From the NCBI GenBank assembly GCA_038858525.1, contig JAWCFL010000029.1:1-18876 (forward strand): 18,876 nucleotides of DNA, read 5' to 3'. Of this stretch, positions 7,463-14,109 are shown piece after piece (the stretch's first letter is position 1; every line of letters starts with the position of its first letter). The notes beneath the pieces were generated by a model that worked only from the letters and a program-made list of their open reading frames with translations, was not told the DNA's origin and made no database searches. The DNA is from Candidatus Jordarchaeales archaeon (GTDB lineage Archaea; Asgardarchaeota; Jordiarchaeia; Jordiarchaeales; Freyrarchaeaceae). Both the position numbers and the translations under genes were made by a program.

Positions 7463-8458
7463 TTGTTAACTTTCACTGTTCCCCTTAGTATAGAAGAATG
7501 TGTCGATATTTTGTCCAAGGAACTCAAACTCAAGTTTAGGCCCAGCGAAGATAAAGGTTACGCCGAAGTAGTTGTGGGCGCATTCCTCCTCTACATCTTC
7601 GGCATACTGTTCTGGTCACCAATGGTTCTCAGTTACTCCATAACATTATGGTCTTTTCTAGTATCCTTGGCCCATTCCATAGCTTTTAACATGACACCCC
7701 CATATGATACTATATTCTTTTTCTTATGCCTTGTCTTCGTAATCCCCATGACGCTCAGCAATGAAGTAATTTTTACATTCTGCTTTAAAGGAGCGATCGC
7801 AATTTTTATTGCCACACAAATGGTGGCTTGGTATCTTACAAGAAAAATTTTCCAGCATAACTTCTTATTCTTCAGTCTCATTCTTCTTTTTCTAGCATTT
7901 CTGTCCGGACTTTCACAGGTAGGGGGTGTAACCGGCGGCATACCCACACTCAATTACTTATTTCTCTCTTCGTACATTTCGGTTCTTAGGTCCGAATTCA
8001 CAGCTTTCCAGCTCCAATTATTCATGTTGGTCAATTTTTCCAATGAACTTTTTGCCTCCACAATGAGATTCACCTTATCCTCCTTTATTCCGCTATCCGT
8101 CGGGCTAAGGCTTCTCCACGCTGGAACCAAAAGTATATCAAACGTAATCGAAAAACACGAAAGAGGAGAAATCAATGAGTACAGAACATACGTCACTCTC
8201 GGAACGATAAAAATCGTTCCATTAGTCTTTCTAATGAATCCCAAATTCTCGATCACGCTTAAGAGGAAGAAGAAGGGCGGGACGGAGATAACCATAGAAG
8301 TTTGTTCTCTTTATGCATTCGGAATTGTAGGTCGTAGTCCTCATTACAGATACTCTCATCACCTTACTGATGAAATGAGTAATATTGCTTATGATATTAA
8401 GGTGGCGCTCGAAAGGTGGTACAGTAGTCGTTTGCCCGGTAAGCCGCCTTCTAAGTGA
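7463..8458 (+). CDS. Hypothetical multi-pass membrane protein, low GC
   Basis: 331-aa ORF with TTG start after a G-run. About 5-7 hydrophobic segments lie between soluble N- and C-terminal parts. Hand count gives 21/60 GC at 7681-7740. Confidence 0.75.
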   Translation: MLTFTVPLSIEECVDILSKELKLKFRPSEDKGYAEVVVGAFLLYIFGILFWSPMVLSYSITLWSFLVSLAHSIAFNMTPPYDTIFFFLCLVFVIPMTLSNEVIFTFCFKGAIAIFIATQMVAWYLTRKIFQHNFLFFSLILLFLAFLSGLSQVGGVTGGIPTLNYLFLSSYISVLRSEFTAFQLQLFMLVNFSNELFASTMRFTLSSFIPLSVGLRLLHAGTKSISNVIEKHERGEINEYRTYVTLGTIKIVPLVFLMNPKFSITLKRKKKGGTEITIEVCSLYAFGIVGRSPHYRYSHHLTDEMSNIAYDIKVALERWYSSRLPGKPPSK

Positions 8459-8872
8459 TCAGCTAGTGGGAGACCTGACATAAACCCGCCGCTATTTTTA
8501 ATACGTCTTTCAACGGTCCCCGAGTGCTGTCAGTAAAGGAGCCTATCGTCCCCTTAAGAGACCTTTGACGCTAACGTGAAATAATCTTTCGTCTAACCTT
8601 TACTTGGACATGTTCCTTCTCTAAATTGTCTCTAAATTGAAATGTTTCCGTTAGTTGCTTTGCTTGCCTGAGCTTCCTGCAGAGGCTTGCGAACCTGCCT
8701 TCATGAAGCTTGCTGGCGAGGACGAACTCGGTCATCGTCAGCCCAGCATGTTAAATTGCTGTGGAGCTTCTCTAACCAGCTCCCTCTACATCATCTCTGG
8801 AGAAATAAGAAAATTCAAGGAAAAAGAAGATCCTACGTCGGACTTTATTCTAAAGGTTTCTTCAATGGTGTG

Positions 8873-9139
8873 ATGGAAGTAAATATTGTGCTGGTGACGA
8901 AGGTTGCTTGCAACTATCAGATTGCGGTTCCGGCTTCCGTCACGAGATCCATCGAGATAAGAGAGGGTGGAATGCTCGAGGTCGAGGTGGACGGGATAGG
9001 GGTCTTGATAAGGAAACTGAACGAGGAAAGGAGGACGCTAAGGCTCGGAAGGAAGCTAAGTCCTGAAGAAATAGAGCGGTCGGTAGAGGAAGGGAATGAG
9101 CGGATGCGCGTGGTAATAGTCACAAACATCCTAATATGA
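8873..9139 (+). CDS. AbrB/MazE-type antitoxin, C-terminus fused by a frameshift to the start of the PIN gene
   Basis: VTKVACNYQIAVPASVTRSIEIREGGMLEVEVDG fits AbrB. Removing one G at 9092-9094 restores ...EEGMSGCAW* (TAA 9114-9116) overlapping the PIN ATG at 9104. Confidence 0.7.
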   Translation: MEVNIVLVTKVACNYQIAVPASVTRSIEIREGGMLEVEVDGIGVLIRKLNEERRTLRLGRKLSPEEIERSVEEGNERMRVVIVTNILI

Positions 9140-9351
9140 CATCTTTGAAGACCTCGACTTTCATGACGAGGCGAATCACATCGTGGACCTCCCATATCGC
9201 ACTTCAACGATGCATTGATCCTTTAATACGCCTCCTTAGGCAATACCCCCTGGCAACATTTGATAGGAAACTGAAAAAGCTGGCATCGAAACGAAACATA
9301 AAGCTGTACCTGAGGAGGGGAACGGGAACCCTTTTTAAAGGCCCCTCTTAA
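9104..9351 (+). pseudogene. vapC: VapC/PIN toxin pseudogene
   Basis: MRVVIVTNILI* has D->V at the first catalytic residue. In other frames follow DIFEDLDFHDEA, FNDALIL and PLATFDRKLKKLA. The middle of the domain is missing. Confidence 0.8.
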
Positions 9352-9482
9352 ACACGCACCGCATCGGCGGCTCTCAGGAGAAACCATCTTCCACCAGAGC
9401 TCGTGGGATTTCAACTAAGGCCCACTTCACCAACCACAAGCCTCACGTTTAGTCATCGCCGGCCTCAGCTCCACAAACCAAC

Positions 9483-10742
9483 CTACGGTTCCTTCAGCCA
9501 CTTCTTTATCTCTCCAACCCTATCCTTCGTCCAGCTCAAGTATATCTTGCCGCCTTTAACTTCAACCTCAGTACACTCCTTTAGCAATCCACTGTGGGCG
9601 AAAAAGTTCCTCTTAGCATCCGAGCTACCGCCAAGCCTGCCCTCCGCCTCACACCCAGCACTGTAAAGGTATAGAAGTCTCATCTTCCCTCTTATCTTCT
9701 CCTTCAGCTTCTCGATCATACGCAGCTCGTTGTCCAAGAAGTACTCGTTAACCGCAGCTCCAACACTCTTTTTCCTATATAGCTGCAGGAACACCCTGCG
9801 GATTTCCTCGATGCTCGGCTCGCTAAGTTCGCTCTTAAAGTTCTTGAATCCTCTGTAGAGCGCTATCGCGTAAAAAACATTCGAGACAGCCCTAAAGCTC
9901 AAAGGAATCCTCTTCCTCACAAAGCCATCGTCGGTCGACTCCAAAAGCTTGTTCAAAAACTCAATCACACCCCTCTCAACTTCATCCACATTCAAATCCA
10001 ACGTTAGGACTTCTTGAGTGTAGAAGGCGAGCGGAACATTATATTTAACAGCGTTGAAAGCCACTCGAAGCTCATCATACAACTTCCTAAAATCACTCTT
10101 AAAACCACTGTACTCTCTTCCGATAACCCCGGCTAACTTTCTGAACTCTTTATCAGCCTCCTCGTGAAGCAGCTTGTCAATGTCCGCCGTGGGAAGCAAG
10201 AAGAAAGCTCTTACAGAGAGCGGATGCAGCTCGATGCCAACCTCAGAAACACCCTTACCAATTGGGGGAGAAGAGGCAATCTCCACGCTAAACCCATCGC
10301 CCTCAGAAAGCTGCAAAATGTTCTCTAGCTCCCTATAAGTAGCATACCCCCTAGCCGCCTCAACCATAGCAACAACATACACGTTGTGACCAGTAGATAT
10401 GTCCACCACAAGACTATCAGGCCTCTTCCTCACGAAGCGAACGAAAATCGCGACAGCCACATCGTCAAACCCCGTCAAAAACCTCCTCCTAACCCCATTA
10501 ACATCATACTCCCCCACCGCTGGAATCAAAAACAACTCGAAATCCGTCAACCCCTTCCTCTCAACTCTCCCTCTAAAATCATTTAAATCGCTCACCAAGC
10601 TCTCAGGAGCAAGAAGCAAAACCTCTTCACCCAAAAACCTCCTTAAAGCCTCACAACTATAATACGTCTCCTCCACACGATCACCCAACCTATACCTCAC
10701 AGGACTATACTTATCCGGATCCCCCGAAACCTGAACTATCAC
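9483..10742 (-). CDS. csx1: Csx1-family CARF-HEPN ribonuclease (DxTHG-like), stand-alone in this window
   Basis: N-terminal SGDPDKYSPVRY, CARF motif VVDISTGHNVY and C-terminal HEPN KRNFFAHSG (RxxxxH). Probable GTG start at 10742 after GGGGGTG, with BRE/TATA-like GAAAGTTTATTTT about 40 bp upstream. Confidence 0.85.
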   Translation of the reverse strand: MIVQVSGDPDKYSPVRYRLGDRVEETYYSCEALRRFLGEEVLLLAPESLVSDLNDFRGRVERKGLTDFELFLIPAVGEYDVNGVRRRFLTGFDDVAVAIFVRFVRKRPDSLVVDISTGHNVYVVAMVEAARGYATYRELENILQLSEGDGFSVEIASSPPIGKGVSEVGIELHPLSVRAFFLLPTADIDKLLHEEADKEFRKLAGVIGREYSGFKSDFRKLYDELRVAFNAVKYNVPLAFYTQEVLTLDLNVDEVERGVIEFLNKLLESTDDGFVRKRIPLSFRAVSNVFYAIALYRGFKNFKSELSEPSIEEIRRVFLQLYRKKSVGAAVNEYFLDNELRMIEKLKEKIRGKMRLLYLYSAGCEAEGRLGGSSDAKRNFFAHSGLLKECTEVEVKGGKIYLSWTKDRVGEIKKWLKEP

Positions 10743-10907
10743 GACAACACCCCCAAACCCAAAAAAAAGAAACAAAGCAAAAAATAAACTTTCACCTAGA
10801 ATTACAAAAACAAGAAAACAACACTCAACCAGCAAAACAGGGCATAACTCACCCGAAAGAACGCTAAAAATTCAAGCGAAACCCAAACAACGCAAAAGCC
10901 ACGCCGC

Positions 10908-12212
10908 TCAACCCCCCACCTCGACCACTTCCACCCCCTGCTCCACCTCGCAGGCCTCCCTCAGCCTCTTGTCGCTCCTCAAACACACTATCACCGGCTT
11001 AGCTTTAACTCCACGGGTCTTAAAAAAGAAGTAGCGGTACGTCACCACCTGCCCTATCGCGTTATAATTAAGCTTCTCCTCAACCTCTACAATCCAAGTT
11101 TCGCAGTTCCTCCTATGCAAGACCGCGTCAGCCCTATAACCTTCCAACGGGTACTCCGTTGTAACCGAGTCGAACTCTTCCCCGTAAACGGAAAGAAATT
11201 TTTCGAATATCTCCCGCTCTTTCCCCCTCAAGGGGACATGGTGTGGTTCGGGCTTGAACCTTGACGCTTCGCAGACGTTCACAAGTGGGCAAAGGTGGCA
11301 CCTTGACTTCTCCAGCTCCTTAGCACAGTACCCCATTATTGAGACTCTGGAGAGCAGGTAATCATACTTCACAGGGTCATCCGGGTTCAACTCTCTCAGG
11401 AACCTTGTCGCATCGATGACGCCACGCCAGCTGAGCCCAACGTTAACCGAGAAAGCCCTCGACAACACCCTCCTCAAGCCATCATCCAGGGAAACGAGGA
11501 GGTGTCTTTTATCGATGAAGTTCCACAGGCTAAGATCGGGGTAGGGTCTAACCATCCACCTCATAAAAAGGTTTAAGCGTTTAAGGGCAGACGTGCACTT
11601 GACGGGGACTAGCGGTGGCCCACCACCATAACCGCTGAGTAGCTCTACAAGCCCAAAGACAACTCCCTCAACAGGCTCCTCTTTGCTCAATGAGTCCTCG
11701 TAAACTTCTTTTACGAAGGAGCCGAGTGAGCCTTTCTCCTCAATGATTCTCCTGAAAACTCTGAAAAGCTTGAATGTGTTGAAGCGCTTCTTAGGTCTAG
11801 AATACTCTTTCTCCTCAATGATTCTCCTGAAAACTCTGAAAAGAGAGACTACGTCGTCAAGCTTGACAAATCTATGCTTGAAACCTGTATTCCTGGCGCC
11901 TCCACCACTAACCCAGCTAAATCTGCCGAGCACCCTCCTAGCTAATCCATCATCATGAACAAGCTCAATGAACCTTAACCTCTTCTTCTCCATGAACTCA
12001 ACAAGCCCCATCAACATAGGTTTCAAGACGCCCATCACAGGCACCTGAAAATCCACCAACGCACAAAACAACACCCAAAACTCCCTGTCAACCTTGTTCT
12101 TGGCAGAGTAAATCCTAGCAGGGCCAAGAACGGATGACTCCAAATAGGAACCCTTCAAGCGCTCATAAGCTTCATCCAAAACTCCAACGATATATCCAAG
12201 ATCACCTTTCAT
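10908..12212 (-). CDS. DUF2400/TIGR02757-like (HhH-GPD-related) protein with CX8CX2CX5C motif, fused to a C-terminal PD-(D/E)xK nuclease-like domain
   Basis: SALKRLNLFMRWMVR, DLSLW, VSLDDGLRRV and LNPDDPVKYDY are family motifs. Cys motif at 11271-11327; EYP...RADAV...IVEVEEK...AIGQVVTY at the C-terminus. Confidence 0.8.
   Translation of the reverse strand: MKGDLGYIVGVLDEAYERLKGSYLESSVLGPARIYSAKNKVDREFWVLFCALVDFQVPVMGVLKPMLMGLVEFMEKKRLRFIELVHDDGLARRVLGRFSWVSGGGARNTGFKHRFVKLDDVVSLFRVFRRIIEEKEYSRPKKRFNTFKLFRVFRRIIEEKGSLGSFVKEVYEDSLSKEEPVEGVVFGLVELLSGYGGGPPLVPVKCTSALKRLNLFMRWMVRPYPDLSLWNFIDKRHLLVSLDDGLRRVLSRAFSVNVGLSWRGVIDATRFLRELNPDDPVKYDYLLSRVSIMGYCAKELEKSRCHLCPLVNVCEASRFKPEPHHVPLRGKEREIFEKFLSVYGEEFDSVTTEYPLEGYRADAVLHRRNCETWIVEVEEKLNYNAIGQVVTYRYFFFKTRGVKAKPVIVCLRSDKRLREACEVEQGVEVVEVGG
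11732..11843. repeat. Exact 37-bp direct repeat flanking a 38-bp unique insert (repeat-spacer-repeat), in frame inside the CDS
   Basis: CTTTCTCCTCAATGATTCTCCTGAAAACTCTGAAAAG occurs at 11732-11768 and 11807-11843. The insert CTTGAATGTGTTGAAGCGCTTCTTAGGTCTAGAATACT is at 11769-11806. Flanking bases differ on both sides. Confidence 0.95.
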
Positions 12213-13066
12213 ATGATTTGATATAAACCAGGTGAATGATAAATTAACTGTTTCGCGTAAGCCTGCTTCTAGCGCCCGGCTTCACCAGGCTTGAAAGGAA
12301 ACCATAATGGGCAGCGCGCCCTCCAAAGGGCCAATCCATTTCCTATAAAGAGGTTTCCATGAAGAGCGCGCGTCAACCATTCAGGTAAGCGCTTTTGGAG
12401 TGGCTTGCGGGTTGCTTGCTAGACGGATGCCGAAGATTTCTAGATGTGTTCCACGTTGAAAGAGCTAGTTTTAGATTTAATGGGTCTGGAAGGACTGCTT
12501 GTTTAGACATTGTGGGCGTTGTTCCTCCGGGTTTGAAGAAAATTCTCGAAAATTTGGTGACGTGCGCTTTGCTGGTTGCTTGATTCCGTGTAGGATGTTT
12601 TGGAAGGCACCAATGTTTGTTGCGCGTGTAGCCTCCTAGTAATGTTAATGTGATAGGTGTTTGGGGTCGGCGGGAATTGTCAGCCTGGATGCCTTAACTT
12701 TTGCTGGATGAGCTCTCATTGTGGGTTCGTCGTCCCTACGGCTTTCAAGTGAGGATGTTCCCCCGTTGGAACATTGCGTCTTGGCAATCAATGCTTAAGT
12801 TCTGTCAACACTGAAAGGTACGCTGTGAATTAGTCTCCCGGCGCTTCTTTTAGAGGCTTTCTGACGCCGCAGGGTGGTTGGAGGTGGCGCTGCCTGCTGG
12901 TCGACAAGTGTAAACTTGTTTGTCCTGCTCTAGATGCCGGAAAACCCCTATAGAACCCAATCCCCCTTCTGAATGGGAATGAAAAAATAAATTAAGGTTT
13001 AGGCTTTTTCGCGGCTTGCGAGGCTTTCAATGCTCACGGGTTTCTGTGTCTTGTTGCTTGGTTTTT

Positions 13067-13107
13067 AGGTTAACCTTTTATATCTGGGTTATCTAGGTTA
13101 TCTGGGT
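13067..13107 (+). promoter_or_regulatory. TA promoter: palindrome, TATA box and three tandem 9-bp repeats (putative operator)
   Basis: AGGTTAACCT palindrome 13067-13076, a TTTTATA box, TATCTGGGT/TATCTAGGT/TATCTGGGT at 13081-13107, and GGTGA RBS before ATG 13114. Confidence 0.55.
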
Positions 13108-13113
13108 GATTTC

Positions 13114-13386
13114 ATGGCGACTATTCTCATAAAGAATGTTCCGGAGGAGCTTCTTAGGGAACTTAGGAGGTTGAAGGTTGAGTTGGGTTGCAGGACGTGG
13201 GCTGAGCTTTTGGCCAAGTTGGTTCAGTTGAGGAGTGGGGTCTTGCTGGCCGAGGAGGATTTTGAGAGGATGAAGATGGGGGTGCAGGGCTTTCTGGGTC
13301 TTAGGGATGTCGTCTCTGAGCGGTGGAAAGGTGCACCATCGGTGCTTGAGGAAGTGAGGGGTTCTAGGCGCCATGAGAAAGCCTAG
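13114..13386 (+). CDS. Ribbon-helix-helix antitoxin
   Basis: MATILIKNVPEELLRELRRLKVELG...WAELL fits the RHH pattern; overlaps the downstream PIN gene. Confidence 0.85.
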   Translation: MATILIKNVPEELLRELRRLKVELGCRTWAELLAKLVQLRSGVLLAEEDFERMKMGVQGFLGLRDVVSERWKGAPSVLEEVRGSRRHEKA

Positions 13387-13819
13387 TCGCCTACTGACTC
13401 TGGACTCTAACGTTTTAATAGCTGCCCTGAAGGGGGATGAAAGATTCAGCGGTGAATGCGCAGGTATTCTTGGCAGGGTTCCGGGTCAATTTATCCTTGT
13501 TGAGCCTAGCATCGTTTACCAGGAAGTTTGCGGAACCCTGGCGAGGAGGGTCGGGGTCGATGTGGCTGATGAGGCGAGAACTTTCCTGGACCTGGTTATT
13601 CACCCAAAGCTGCTGGTTGACTGCAGCAGGGATTTTTGTGTTTCAGCATACCGCCTCTGCGCTCAATACGGCATTTACGCCATAGACGCGATGTATCTTA
13701 AAGTGGCGTTAGACGGCGGCGCGATCCTAGTATCCATAGACAAGGAAGATTTCATAGATAGATTGAAGGGGAGGAATTTACCTATTGAAGCATACCATGT
13801 GGCTGATTTTCCATATTAA
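13373..13819 (+). CDS. vapC: PIN-domain toxin (VapC-like)
   Basis: LDSNVLIA, IVYQEV, YAIDAMY and VSIDKEDF give an intact acidic tetrad. Confidence 0.9.
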   Translation: MRKPSRLLTLDSNVLIAALKGDERFSGECAGILGRVPGQFILVEPSIVYQEVCGTLARRVGVDVADEARTFLDLVIHPKLLVDCSRDFCVSAYRLCAQYGIYAIDAMYLKVALDGGAILVSIDKEDFIDRLKGRNLPIEAYHVADFPY

Positions 13820-14046
13820 AGTTCTTCCCCTCTTAAAACTCACCGCCGTCCTCTTTGTGTGGTGTCCTCCTTTTTCAGGCGGCTTCGTTAGGCTCCTTTG
13901 GATTTAAGGGGAACGTGTAGTTTTTAGTGTGGTTGCGTTTTGCGCCATCTGTTTGGCTGCCCTTTTTTCGTTTGATGAGAGGGTCTCTCAGGTGGCCGTC
14001 GGTTTTACTCGCGTTTGCATTGTCCAGCTAGCTAGATTACCCTGTG

Positions 14047-14089
14047 TTTAAAATATTTATATTTTTTAAATACTTTAAAGCTTAAAGTA
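14047..14089 (+). promoter_or_regulatory. AT-rich promoter and inverted repeat upstream of the acyl-CoA ligase
   Basis: An AT-only run with TATA-like boxes, then TACTTTA-N5-TAAAGTA at 14071-14089, about 20 bp before the start. Confidence 0.45.
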
Positions 14090-14109
14090 GTTGTGTGGCA
14101 GTCGCTTAG

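Noticed and set aside
8687-8872. N-terminal extension of the 150-aa ORF, and the overlapping 8655-8873 ORF
   Set aside because: No recognisable motif; AbrB similarity begins only after ATG 8873.
1724-9351. Systematic homopolymer sequencing error as the cause of all frameshifts
   Set aside because: Long neighbouring genes (558, 623, 434 and 419 aa) are intact, and the broken genes also carry substitutions in catalytic residues and a deletion. Read-level confirmation is still advisable.
10743-10835. Hydrophobic N-terminal extension on Csx1 suggesting a membrane anchor
   Set aside because: It is T-rich promoter/leader DNA containing the TATA-like box. A GTG with an RBS at 10742 gives a normal Csx1 N-terminus.
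11732-11843. Calling this a bona fide CRISPR array
   Set aside because: Only two repeats, no AT-rich leader, and it sits in frame inside a CDS whose native sequence forms the repeat. Reported as a repeat and candidate integration scar instead.
12663-12746. tRNA-like look (AGCCTGG, GTGGGTTCG...CCC, about 84 nt)
   Set aside because: No U8, no anticodon stem, a non-canonical T-loop, and an acceptor stem that needs four G-U pairs.
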